Shown here one piece after another: positions 47,199 through 60,856 of a DNA stretch of 64,000 nucleotides. The stretch spans positions 7,812,001 to 7,876,000 of the forward strand of contig OZ024762.1 in assembly GCA_964016885.1 (NCBI GenBank), given 5' to 3'. The stretch is from Eledone cirrhosa (lineage: Eukaryota). The position numbers and the translations under genes are program-made. Position 1 is the stretch's first letter; each line of letters starts with the position of its first letter. A model generated the notes under the pieces. The model was not told where the DNA came from, made no database searches, and saw only the letters and a program-made list of their open reading frames with translations.

Positions 47199-48530
47199 GA
47201 ATTACCACTCACCACCACAGAACAATCATCCACCACCACTGAGTTACCATCCACTAGCACAGAACAATCATTAACGACTGACTTAACATCCACCACCTCT
47301 GAGTTACCATCTACCACCCCAGAACAACCACCAACCACTCTGTTACCGTCTACTACTACAGAACAAAGAGCTACCACAGAGGTACCATCCACTACAACAG
47401 AACAACCATCAACCACTGAGTTACCATCTACTACCACAGAACAACCATCAACCACTGAGTTACCACCTACCACCACAGAACAACCATCAACCACTGAGTT
47501 ACCATCCACCACCACAGAACAACCATCATCCACTGAGTTACCATCCACCACCACAGAACAACCATCAACCACTCAGTTACCATCCACCACCACAGAACAA
47601 CCATCAACCAATGTGTTACCATCTACTACTACAGAACAACGACCAACCACTGATTTTCCATCAACTACCACAGAAGAACCAACAACCACTGAGTTACCAT
47701 CTACCACCACTGAGTTACCATCAACCACTGAGTTATCATTTACCACAACAGATCAAACAACCACTGAGCTACCATCTACAACTACAGATCAAACTACCCC
47801 TGAGATACAATCTAGCACTATAGATCAAACAACCACTGAGGTACCATCCACAACTATAGATCAAACAACCACTGAGGTACCATCCACAACTACAGACCAT
47901 ACTACCACTGAGGTAACATCTACCACTACAGATCAAACTACCACTGAGCTACCATCTAGCACTACAGATCAAATAACAACCACTGAGATAACATCTACCA
48001 CAACAGATCAAATAACAACCATTGAGGTACCATCTACAACTACAGAGCAAACCCCCACAGAGCAATCATCTACCACTACAGATCAAACCACCACTGAGCT
48101 ACCATCTCCTACCACTGAGCTACCGTTTACCACTACAGATCAAATAACAACCACTGATCTATTATCTACCACTACAGATCAGCTAAACACTGAGCTACCA
48201 TCTACCACTACAGGACAACCATCAACCACTGAGTTACCATATGCAACCACTAAGATACCATCTACTACCACAGAACTACTATCCACTACTGAGTTACCAT
48301 CTACCACATCGGAACAACCATCCATCACTGAGTTACCATCTACAACCTCAGAGGAACCATCGACCACTGACCTACCTTCCTCCACCACGGTACAACCATC
48401 CACCACTACTGAGTTACCATCCACTACCACAGAACAATCATCAACTACCACTGAGTTACCATCTACCATTACAGAACCACCATTACCCACTGTGTTACCA
48501 TCCACTAGCACAGGACTACCAACAACAACC
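46179..48530 (+). pseudogene. In-frame continuation of the PTS array beyond the stop: second CAA>TAA at 46443-46445, then a diverged second copy of the exon head, cut off by (TA)n
   Basis: Same frame as exon D (ORF 47613 lies 21705 nt, a multiple of 3, from 25908); gac tta TAA tct at 46437-46448; no SSPAA|GTAAGT tail. Confidence 0.6.
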
Positions 48531-48567
48531 ATGTATATATATATATATGTATAAATATATATATATG

Positions 48568-48610
<43 letters not shown>

Positions 48611-48960
48611 AAATATATATATATATATATATGTATAAATATATATATATATATATATGTATAAATATATATATATATATGTATAAATATATATATATAT
48701 ATATATGTATAAAAATATTATATATATATATATATATATGTGTATAAAAATATTATATATATATATATATGTATAAAAATATTATATATATATATATATG
48801 TATAAAAATATTATATATATATATATATATATATGTATAAATATATATATATGTATAAATATATTATATATATATATATATATGTATAAATATATATATA
48901 TGTATAAATATATTATATATATATATATATATATATGTATAAATATATATATATGTATAA

Positions 48961-49001
<41 letters not shown>

Positions 49002-49018
49002 AAATGTATATATGTATA

Positions 49019-49114
<96 letters not shown>

Positions 49115-49145
49115 ATATATATATATGTATATGTATATGTACCAC

Positions 49146-49211
<66 letters not shown>

Positions 49212-49226
49212 TACATACACATACAT

Positions 49227-49275
<49 letters not shown>
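48531..49275. repeat. (TA)n/(CA)n microsatellite with GTATAAAT interruptions
   Basis: Direct reading. Confidence 0.97.
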
Positions 49276-49277
<2 letters not shown>

Positions 49278-49810
49278 CAAAGATGGCGAACAAGCGAGTA
49301 GGTGTGAGAATGACATTGAAATCATGAATATGGAGAATGAGAGTGTGCGAATGGAAAGACAAAGATGATAATATTTAGGGCATAGTTTCCCAAGAAACAA
49401 AAGGGAAGAATAATAGCAAGCAGTAGCAGCAGTAGTAGTAGCAGCAGCAGCAGCAGCAATTCTAACCACGTAGTGTTTGGGGTTGTTTTCGTGTTGGACG
49501 TTTACTCTCGAAGTTAGACTTTGCAAACACGGACGTGAAAAAATCAAGTCTTCCGTGAAACAAGAGAAAAAAAATAGGACAAAAAACACACAAGACCGAG
49601 AATTTACAGAAGCAATAACAACAACAACAACAACATATAGTAAAGACCAATACGACCATCAATACTAACAACAACAACAATTACTACGTCAAGACTATAT
49701 TTATAATTATAATATTCTATAATTTTCCTCGCCACAAAATTTGTGAAAAAATCCAAACGGTTTTTTTTTTTAGTAGAGACGGAACAAAATTACTCACCGG
49801 AGTTCAATAT

Positions 49811-50012
49811 TAATGATCTTTAATTTTGGCACAAGGCCAGCAATTTAAGGGACAGAAGAAAAATCGATTATATTGATCCCAGTACTTAACTGGTACTGTA
49901 TTTTATCCGCCCCAGAAGGATGAAAGGCGAAGTTGATTCTGACGAGTCATTATAATTTACTACCGCAAAACATATCACCTGACCCGTTAAAGACCTTGCC
50001 GAACAAACACCG
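49811..50012 (-). mobile_element. Diverged tRNA-derived SINE, same family as 51178..51398
   Basis: Reverse complement contains GCCTTTCATCCTTCTGGGGCGGATAAAATACAGTACCAG and AATTGCTGGCCTTGTGCC, matching the + strand copy. Confidence 0.75.
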
Positions 50013-50081
50013 TTAAAATAATCATATTAACTATAACCAGAGAATATATAGTTTAAATATACACACGCGTATATATATTAT

Positions 50082-50112
<31 letters not shown>

Positions 50113-50150
50113 TGGTAATTAATATACATATATATATATATATATATTTA

Positions 50151-50214
<64 letters not shown>

Positions 50215-50541
50215 TATACTCATATATACACACACATATATATATATATACTCATATAAACACATATATACTCATATAAACACATATATATATATTCATA
50301 TATACACATTTATATACTCATATATATACATATATATATATATATCTACCCATTTCAATTTTACCCACATGACGCTATTAAAGAGAAATTTTTCTCTGAG
50401 ATAACAAGAACTAATTATTAAGGAAACGTGTACCATTGCATAACAAGGATTTACATTAACTCACTGTGAAGATGGCCAGGTACAGTCCACAGGTAAATAT
50501 AAGGCTTTTCAATTATATAAAAAAGTAGAAACAATTATTGA

Positions 50542-51167
50542 CTAACAGTGGTACCCGGCGTTGCACGGGATAAGGTATTTTGGAACGCGGGCCGCCAACA
50601 GACCTAATCGTGGAAAAGCTGCATGCCTGGACAATATGTAAAGAAAATAAACCGAATACTCTGATGGCTGGATAATCTTTAAGATTTTCCTCGATAAAGC
50701 AGGGAAAATGCAGGTTTTCACCTAATGCGGGCCCTAGGGGATCAAGAAAATGAATTTTTTTATGTGCATAATATGCCTTGAAATTTCGGGAAAATCGGCT
50801 AGATGTAACGTCTCAAAAAAGCCCTAAAAAATTGAAAAAAACGCAGCTTTTCACTTAATGCGGGCCCTAGGCCATAAAAAAGTTGGATTTTCTTTGCTCG
50901 CGGTATGAAGAAGAGACTGACTAATACATAGTGACAATTTCAAGGAAATCTGTCTGACGTAACGCCTCAAAAAACCCACAAAAAGCTGAAAAAAAACGCA
51001 GTTTTTCACTTAATGCGTACCTTAGGGGATCAAAAAGTTGAATTCCTGAAATATAAATAATACACATGTAAAGTTTGAAAAAAATCGGTTGGGAACTTCT
51101 CGAGTTTTAGGGATTCAAACTCACAGACACACTCACAGACGGACATCCTCAGTTTTATATATATAGA
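50542..51167 (-). mobile_element. Non-autonomous Helitron
   Basis: Minus strand starts A|TCTATATATATAAAA and has a GTCT/GT microsatellite near the 5' end, three internal repeats (TTTTCAC[CT]TAATGCG), a subterminal hairpin CCCGTGCAACGCCGGG, and ends TTAG|T (CTAG-like) at an A|T site. Confidence 0.75.
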
Positions 51168-51177
51168 TATTCATTAG

Positions 51178-51398
51178 GGCGGTGGATTGGCAGTATCGGT
51201 AGATGGTCGGACACCATGCTTTGCAGCATAGAGTTACGGCCCTTTATGGTCTAAGTTCAAATCCCGCCGAGGTTAACTTTGCCTTTCTTCCTTACGGGGT
51301 CGATAAAATAAAGTACCAGTCACTCACTGGAGTCGATTTAATCGACTTTCCTCTCCCCCAAAATTGCTGGCCTCGTGTCTATATGAGAAACCATTATT
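51178..51398 (+). mobile_element. tRNA-derived SINE (octopod-type, Nin/Deu-like central domain)
   Basis: A-box-like TGGCAGTATCGG, B-box GTTCAAATCCC, central GCCTTTCTTCCTTACGGGGTCGATAAAATAAAGTACCAG; second copy in the window; family name from memory. Confidence 0.8.
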
Positions 51399-51740
51399 GA
51401 TATCCATTACTACCACTTCACCTCGTGGCCTAGTGGTTACTGTGTTGAACACACGCATATAAGGTCGTGCCGTGTGTTTGATGCGATTGGATCGTCAAGT
51501 ATGAAATTTCTAGAAACTTGTAGGAAAAAAAAAAAAACTTTTTACAAATTTCATATTTGACGAGCGAATAGAAACTCTTGCCGCGTTGCGTTCGTGTGCA
51601 AGATACTTCCATTTTATGTTAGTTTTAATGATAGGACGAATGACCTGAGTTTCAAAATAACCAACAGACCTTATATAAGGTATAGAATTGTTGGTGGCCA
51701 GCTAAACCTACATAAGTGTGAGCTGTGAATTTAATTTTTC

Positions 51741-51788
<48 letters not shown>

Positions 51789-51790
51789 CT

Positions 51791-52268
51791 ATCGAGGGCG
51801 GGTAAAATTCCCGAGATCCATGGACGAGTTCTCTCCAGCGGTCTCTGTCCCTCATTATCGCTGCCATGCCCTGTGACTCCAAGAGACCAGTGTCTGTTCT
51901 TAGGGCATCAACATACGTTAACCTTGGTCTTCCACTTCAAGTGTGTCCATGTAGGGTCTCCCACAGGAGCACTTAGTGCAATGTCAACTCTAGATGTCGG
52001 TGAGCATGTCCAGCTAACCTCAATCTCCTCTGTGTCACTTTTGAGCTGACTTTTGGGAGGTTCCCATACAGATTGGGAATACGGAAGATGATGTGGTTAA
52101 GAAGAAGTGCAAAGCCTGGGCGGCGTGCCACAGCTTGAGATCGGACCTTCGTAAAGACCTGAAAATCCGCCTCTTCATTGCTGTAGTGGAGTCTGTACTG
52201 CTGTACGGGTCTGAGACTTGGACACTGACCAAGAAACTCACTCAGGTGGTGGATGGGTGCTACATGAG
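51791..52268 (-). mobile_element. RTE-type LINE fragment with an inverted 5' part (52072..52268 on +, 51791..52071 on -)
   Basis: + strand: [38 protein letters not shown]. - strand: [50 protein letters not shown] with stops. Flanked by (TA)n. Confidence 0.85.
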
Positions 52269-52287
52269 AAATATATAAATATATATG

Positions 52288-52333
<46 letters not shown>

Positions 52334-52691
52334 TATATGTATAAATATATATGTATAAATATATATGTATAGATATATAAATATATAAATAATATAGATA
52401 TATATATATAAATATATATATATATTATATATATATATAAATATATATGTATAAATATATATGTATAAATATATATATATAGATAGATATATATGTATAA
52501 ATATATATGTATAAATATATATATATAGATATATATATATATAGATATATATATATAAATATATATGTATATATATATAGATATATATATATATATAAAT
52601 ATATATGTATAAATATATATATATAGATATATATATATATATAAATATATATGTATAAATATATATATATAGATATATAGATATATAAATA

Positions 52692-52729
<38 letters not shown>

Positions 52730-52771
52730 CATATGTATAAATATATATATATATATATATAAATACATATG

Positions 52772-52807
<36 letters not shown>

Positions 52808-52848
52808 CATATGTATAAATATATATATATATATATATATATGAATAC

Positions 52849-52891
<43 letters not shown>

Positions 52892-52904
52892 TACATATGT
52901 ATAA

Positions 52905-52948
<44 letters not shown>

Positions 52949-52981
52949 CATATGTATAAATATATATATATATATATATAG

Positions 52982-53014
<33 letters not shown>

Positions 53015-53401
53015 GTAATAATAATAAATATGAAGACTAAAATCCAAAGAGGGCTCGATAAGGATAACATATATATCAAATATATAAGAACCGTAGAGCA
53101 AATATTTATTAAAATAACAGATTAAAGTTTAAGCAAAGAATCGCTGCTTTCACCATTAACGGGATCTTCTGAAACTAACAAAGTCAATCTGTGAACGCAG
53201 AAGTGGATATTTCAAAAAACGTTGCAACCGGAGGAAGACAAGAAGACGATACTTTGGTTCGTGGAAACGTTCCCTGGCAAAGAACGGGAAAAAACGAATA
53301 TAATACGTCATTAATAGGAGCGGTGAAAAACAATTAAGCGCAAAGACAGAACCACCTTTATGGTATAAAAGAGGTCGTAGACTAATGTTCTCTTATATAT
53401 A

Positions 53402-53437
<36 letters not shown>

Positions 53438-53597
53438 TTATATATATATATTACAGTTATATATATACTGTATATACAATTATATATATATATATATATA
53501 GTTATATATATATTACAGTTATATATATATATATAATACAGTTATATATATATATATATATACAGTTATATATATATATATACTGTATATATATATA

Positions 53598-53650
<53 letters not shown>

Positions 53651-53653
53651 TAG

Positions 53654-53696
<43 letters not shown>

Positions 53697-53734
53697 TATA
53701 TATATATATATATATAGTTATATATATATATATA

Positions 53735-53774
<40 letters not shown>

Positions 53775-53853
53775 TGTATATATACTGAATATATATACAG
53801 TTATATACTGTATATATACTGAATATATATATATAGTTATATATATATATATA

Positions 53854-53901
<48 letters not shown>

Positions 53902-54097
53902 ACTGTATATATACTGAATATATATACAGTTATATACTGTATATATAACTGAATATATATACAGTTATATACTGTATATATACTGAATATATATACAGTT
54001 ATATATATATATATACTATATATATATATATATACTATATATATATATATACTGAATATATATACAGTTATATATATATATATATATACTATATATA

Positions 54098-54141
<44 letters not shown>

Positions 54142-54436
54142 TTCAAGAGTAACGAATCTTAAAGAGAGAGATGGATATAGGAGAGGAGAGATTGGTGAAT
54201 TAGTTAGAAGCCAAAGCGTAAAGGCATGTGCTGAATGTGCAATATGCAGTAGAAAGCAGCTAGGTGGCTGGGTTCATGCAGAAGTTAGGCACGCAGTGCT
54301 GGAAATATTCATTAGTTAAGCAAAACAATGCCACAAATTTCATAAGGAAGACATTATTAAAAGATTGTCAGCATATTTTAGTTTGATGTAAGGAATGTAG
54401 AGAATAATAATAATAATATTAATAATAATAATGTCC

Positions 54437-54555
54437 GTTTACAATTGTTTCGCTACTCCATATAATATTTCTGGATCAGATGACTATATATCATTAGTGA
54501 TCTGGTTCAGTTGAACATAATTAACATATTTAAAAACAGAGCGGCTCATCGGAAC
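54437..54555 (-). ncRNA. Candidate type I hammerhead ribozyme with a long helix II insert and a CCGAUGA core
   Basis: Minus strand GTT-CCGATGA-GCCGCTC-(80 nt)-GAGTAGC-GAAA-CAATTG-TA-AAC: helix I 3 bp, palindromic helix III, GUA site. Confidence 0.55.
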
Positions 54556-54675
54556 TTCAAAGGTATATAAATTAAAATAAGGAGAGAATGTTACATAAAG
54601 TAGTGTTCCATATATTCGTGTTTAACTATGGTGTCCTGGTTGTATTTTAATTTTAATTTATAACTGTGTAGATAA

Positions 54676-54726
<51 letters not shown>

Positions 54727-55036
54727 TATATGTATATATATATATATATAAATATATATGTATATATATATATAAATATATATGTATATATATATATATA
54801 AATATATATGTATATATATATATATATAAATATATATGTATATATATATATATATATATATAAATATATATGTATATATATATATATATAAATATATATG
54901 TATATATATATATATATATAAATATATATGTATATATATATATATATATATAAATATATATGTATATATATATATATATAAATATATATGTATATATATA
55001 TATAAAATATATATGTATGATATATATATATAAATA

Positions 55037-55082
<46 letters not shown>

Positions 55083-55144
55083 TATTTATATGTATATATA
55101 TATATATATAAATATATATGCATATATATATATATATATAAATA

Positions 55145-55184
<40 letters not shown>

Positions 55185-55204
55185 TATTTATATATATATA
55201 TAAC

Positions 55205-55236
<32 letters not shown>

Positions 55237-55265
55237 ATATATAACATATATAATATATATATTTA

Positions 55266-55316
<51 letters not shown>

Positions 55317-55325
55317 ATATAACTA

Positions 55326-55362
<37 letters not shown>

Positions 55363-55386
55363 CTTATATATATATATATATAACTA

Positions 55387-55423
<37 letters not shown>

Positions 55424-55529
55424 ACTATATATATATATATATAACTATATATATATATATATAACTATATATATATATAAAACTGATATATATATACAGT
55501 TATATATATATATATATCAGTTTTATATT

Positions 55530-55583
<54 letters not shown>

Positions 55584-55602
55584 CTGTATATATATATATA
55601 TA

Positions 55603-56941
55603 TATAAAGAAAAAGAGATGAAATCGAAAATGCAACTGGAGTCTTATTTTTTTAAAAATATATATATTTATTTGGTTCCTTTACCGGTTTCGCAGTTCTG
55701 CTTTTCAAAAGGTGAGTTGAGATGGAGGGTCTGTGGTTTTTCTCACATCTGGTTGGTCTCTGAATGTTACTTGTTTTATATGTATGTCAACACCACAATA
55801 TGACATACACACACACACATAACACCTTCTACTTTAGAAAATAAAAACCCGAACTAAATAAACCTTAACATACGTTTGCACTGGCAATACAACAGCAAAC
55901 ACGAAAAAGTAAGGAAAATATGTTCATTCAAAAATATTCCTACTAAAGGAATCACTTTCCTACACACACACATACACACACACACAATATATATATATAT
56001 ATTCTCTTCATCTTAACATGCTAACCATACTCCCACACACATAACACCCATAACAACCCCCACACCTACAACTCCCTCCCCATTTCTACTAATAGAACCA
56101 CTTTCCTACACACATATATATATACACACACACAAAATATATATTCTCTCCAACTCGCACACACACACACAACACCCATATACACACACACACACAACTC
56201 CCTCCCCCATCTCTACTAATAGAATCATCTTCCAATACACACATACACATACATACACACACACAAGCACACAAATAAACATACATATCTTCACTTCAAT
56301 AGAAAATCTGAACTCTGACACCCCTGCGAGCTGGCCATATTCACTGAACCAGAACAATTCTCACAATCCCTTTTCTCTTGACCACTATCTCTCCATTGTC
56401 ATAACATTCACTATAAAGACTACAGAATAGTTTTCCAAATAAGGGCGCAAAAATGTAATGAAAACTTGTTCACGTGACAGCCAAATTTCATTTATAACCA
56501 ACCAAAAAAAAGCCTTCGTGAGCCTCTTTTTTCAAGTAAAAAGAAATTCAAACACTCATATGTGAAAAAACAACCTGTGACAACCCCCCCTCTCTTATTT
56601 GAAGAACTATTGTAACGGGAACTGGCGCGAAATTTATTATTAGACAAACGAATCAAATTACTTCTCGAAAAACCTGGTATTTCGAGCCACTTTTTCCATA
56701 TAAAACAAGTAACATTCAGAGACCAACCAGATGTGAGAAAAACCACAGACCCTCCATCTCAACTCACCTTTTGAAAAGCAGAAGAACTGCGAAACCGGTA
56801 AAGGAACCAAATAAATATATATATTTAAAAAAAAAATAAGACTCCAGTTGCATTTTCGATTTCAATCTCTTTTTCTTTATACTTTCACTCGTGTAGGACA
56901 CCTCGGTTATTTTTCATTTTGTAAAAAAAACCTCACTTTCT
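55603..56941 (+). mobile_element. Penelope-like (pLTR) remnant with ~180-bp inverted arms (55603..55782 / 56697..56881), each carrying a hammerhead motif
   Basis: Arms are reverse complements with few differences; both outer ends abut (TA)n; Penelope assignment inferred from the hammerhead and the inverted repeat. Confidence 0.6.
56767..56804 (+). ncRNA. Minimal type I hammerhead ribozyme, U3-A8 core variant (mirror copy 55678..55712 on -)
   Basis: CCTT-TTGAAAA-GCAG-AAGAA-CTGC-GAAA-CCGG-TA-AAGG: helix I CCTT/AAGG, helix II GCAG/CTGC, palindromic ACCGGT, GUA site. Confidence 0.7.
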
Positions 56942-57377
56942 AATATATATATAGTATAGTATATATAGTATATATTAGTATATATATATATATAACTGTA
57001 TATATATATATAGAATACCTGTATATATATATATATAACTGTATATATATATATAACTGTATATATATACTAGTATATATATATATATATATAACTGTAT
57101 ATATATATCAGTTATATATATATAACTGTATATATATATTTATATATATATCAGTTATATATATATATAATTGATATATATATATATACAGTTATATATA
57201 TATAACTGATATATATATATATATATATATACATATATATAACTGTATATATATATATATATATCAGTTATATATATATATATATAACTGTATATATATA
57301 TATATATATATATATATCAGTTATATATATATACTATATATATATAACTGTATATAAAAGATATATATATATATCAG

Positions 57378-57414
<37 letters not shown>

Positions 57415-57479
57415 TAGTATATATATATATATATATATATATATGATATTATATATATATTATATATATATATATCAGT

Positions 57480-57513
<34 letters not shown>

Positions 57514-57865
57514 ATATATACAGTTATATATATATATGATATACCAGTTATACTATTATATATATAAGTATATTATATACAGTTATATATATATATATAC
57601 TATATACAGTTATATATATATATATATATATATTACAGTTATATATATATATATATATATATAACAGTATATAATATATATATATATATAGTGTATATAT
57701 AGTATATATATATATAAGTATCATATAGTATATATACAGTATATATATATATACAGTTATATATATATATACAGTTATATATATATATATACAGTTATAT
57801 ATATATATATATATACAGTTATATATATATATATACAGTTATATATATATATATATATATACAGT

Positions 57866-57896
<31 letters not shown>

Positions 57897-58090
57897 TTAT
57901 AATATATATACTATATACAGTTATATATATATATATATATACAGTTATTATATATATATATATATAAGACAGTTATACTATATATATCATACAGTTATAT
58001 ATATATATATTATACAGTAATATATATATATATATATATACAGTTCATATATATATATATATATACAGTTTATATATATATATACAGTTG

Positions 58091-58121
<31 letters not shown>

Positions 58122-58430
58122 GTTATATATATATATATATATATAATATATATATATATATACAAGTCTATATATATATATATATATATATATAACTTAT
58201 ATATACAGTTATATATATATATATACAGTTATATATATATACTATATATATATACAGTTATATACTATATATATACAGTTTTATATATATATATATATAT
58301 ATATATAGTTTTTATATATATATATATATATATATATACAGTTATATATATATATATATATATATATATACTATATATATATATATATATACAGATATAC
58401 TATATATATATATATATATACAGATATATA

Positions 58431-58533
<103 letters not shown>

Positions 58534-58643
58534 TTATAATATATATATATATATATATACAGTTATATATATATACAGTTATATATATATACAGTTATAT
58601 ATATAAATATATATATATATATATACAATTATATATATACAGT

Positions 58644-58675
<32 letters not shown>

Positions 58676-58737
58676 CAATTATATATATACAGTTATATAT
58701 ATATATATATATACAATTATATATATACAGTTATATA

Positions 58738-58771
<34 letters not shown>

Positions 58772-58916
58772 CAGTTATATATAAATATATAATATATATA
58801 TACAATTATATATATACAGTTATATATATATATATATATAATATATATACATATATATATATATACAGTTATATATAAATATATATATATATATATACAA
58901 TCTATATATATACAGT

Positions 58917-58948
<32 letters not shown>

Positions 58949-59034
58949 TATATATATATACTATTATATATATACAGTTATATATATATAAAGTTATATA
59001 TTTATAAATATATATATACATATATATATATATT

Positions 59035-59278
59035 AGGTATAGGATTATCCTAGATGTAGTAACGGTTAATTACTACACTGAATATGGTTGACGTACGGTG
59101 AGAGGTTACTCAACGAGTTATGGAAGAATTGTTGAAGAAACTTAGTTCCTGATCCTTCTGTATTCCGGAGTGTAGATAAAGAATGAATAATAACAGGTAG
59201 ACATCATAAAAAAGGTACCTTTATTCCGTAATAAATTACCTTTTTTATGATGTCTACCTGTTATTATTCATTCTTTAT
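59035..59278. repeat. Fold-back element: 42-bp inverted arms 59176..59217 / 59237..59278 with a 19-nt loop
   Basis: ATAAAGAATGAATAATAACAGGTAGACATCATAAAAAAGGTA and its reverse complement; (TA)n on both sides. Confidence 0.9.
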
Positions 59279-59342
59279 ATATATATATATATATATAGTT
59301 ATATTTATATATATATAAATATATATATATATACAGTTATAT

Positions 59343-59373
<31 letters not shown>

Positions 59374-59463
59374 CAGTTTTATATATATATAAATATATAT
59401 ATATATATACAGTTAAAATAAAGTTAAATAAAAGTCAAATGATTAAAATTTAGCTACGTTATT

Positions 59464-59518
59464 ACTGCTATATATATTTCAGTGACAGCCATCTTTGGCT
59501 GTGACCTCTTCAGGCAGT
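59464..59518 (-). ncRNA. Mirror copy of the minimal type I hammerhead ribozyme
   Basis: Exact reverse complement of 59749..59803. Confidence 0.82.
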
Positions 59519-59748
59519 TGAATTAGCTATGGTATAGACAAGTACATATGTTGTTTAGGTCTATAATATTGTCAATACTCTGATATGCCCAGTTCCTTGT
59601 TGGGTTGTTAATTCACTGAGGAACTGGAGTCATATGACTCCAGTTCCTCAGTGAATTAACAACCCAACAAGGAACTGGGTATATCAGAGTATTGACAATA
59701 TTATACACCTAAACAACATATGTACTTGTCTATACCATACTAATTCAA

Positions 59749-59803
59749 ACTGCCTGAAGAGGTCACAGCCAAAGATGGCTGTCACTGAAATATATATAGC
59801 AGT
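59749..59803 (+). ncRNA. Minimal type I hammerhead ribozyme, canonical core
   Basis: ACTGC-CTGAAGA-GGTCACAGCC-AAAGAT-GGCTGTCACT-GAAA-TATATA-TA-GCAGT: 5-bp helix I, 10-position helix II with one mismatch, palindromic helix III, AUA site. Confidence 0.82.
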
Positions 59804-60127
59804 AATAACGAAGCTAAATTTTAATCATTTGACTTTTATTTAACTTTATTTTACACTACTCCGGAATAATCAAACTAACCTGCGCACTCCGTCGAGTGCT
59901 CCAGACTGCATTCTGAGGTGTTAGTATACAACCAACATAAACTGAAAATCTATATATACAGTTATATATATATACAGTTATATATATATATATATAAATA
60001 TATATATATTTATACAGTTATATATACAGTTATATATATATATATAAATATATATATATATACAGTTATACATATAGTAAATATATATATTTATATAATT
60101 ATATATACAGTTATATATATATATAGT

Positions 60128-60158
<31 letters not shown>

Positions 60159-60259
60159 CAGGTATATATATTATAATATATATATATATATATATAAATA
60201 TATATAAGTCCATAGTTTACTATGGACTAGGGCAGATAGAGATAATAATTTCGACATTA

Positions 60260-60340
<81 letters not shown>

Positions 60341-60502
60341 TATATATATATATATATAAAGTTATATATATATATATATAGTATATATATAGTTATATAT
60401 ATATATATATATATATATATAACTATATATATATATATATATATATAACTATATATATATATATATATATATAACTATATATATATATATATATATAACT
60501 AT

Positions 60503-60549
<47 letters not shown>

Positions 60550-60591
60550 TATAACTATATATATATATATATATATAACTGTATATATATA

Positions 60592-60641
<50 letters not shown>

Positions 60642-60643
<2 letters not shown>

Positions 60644-60830
60644 GAGGAAATGTGGTAAGGAACCAGGTGGACCATAACTCACCAAAGTACTCAATACTTA
60701 GGGTAGTAGAGTGGGTAATAGGAACGAGTAGGACCCCGACGGCTGAGCTCAAGCCGTTTCGACGGCTAATAGCCGCAATTAGCCGTCGAAACGGCTTGAG
60801 CTCAGCAGTCGGGGTCCTACTCGTTCCTAT
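60642..60830. repeat. Fold-back element: 53-bp GC-rich inverted arms 60718..60770 / 60778..60830 with a 7-nt loop
   Basis: ATAGGAACGAGTAGGACCCCGACGGCTGAGCTCAAGCCGTTTCGACGGCTAAT and its reverse complement with one mismatch; (TA)n on both sides. Confidence 0.9.
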
Positions 60831-60856
60831 ATATATATATATATATATACTAATTT

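Larger units (their letters stand above)
59414..59853. repeat. 440-bp loopless palindrome centred on GAGTCAT|ATGACTC (59633/59634); probable head-to-head Penelope-like pLTRs
   Basis: Arms are reverse complements with a few mismatches and indels; each holds a hammerhead motif. Confidence 0.92.

Noticed and set aside
49283-49303. AAGATGGCG start with a possible phase-0 donor (MANKR|gtaggt) as first exon for the 61391 exon
   Set aside because: Only five codons, directly after (TA)n, and 12 kb away; cannot be supported without transcripts
53140-53275. Hammerhead-like fragments (minus CAGAAGATCCCGTTAATGGTGAAAGC; plus AAGAAGACGA...TCGTGGAAACGTT)
   Set aside because: Cores deviate at conserved positions and helix I pairing is not evident
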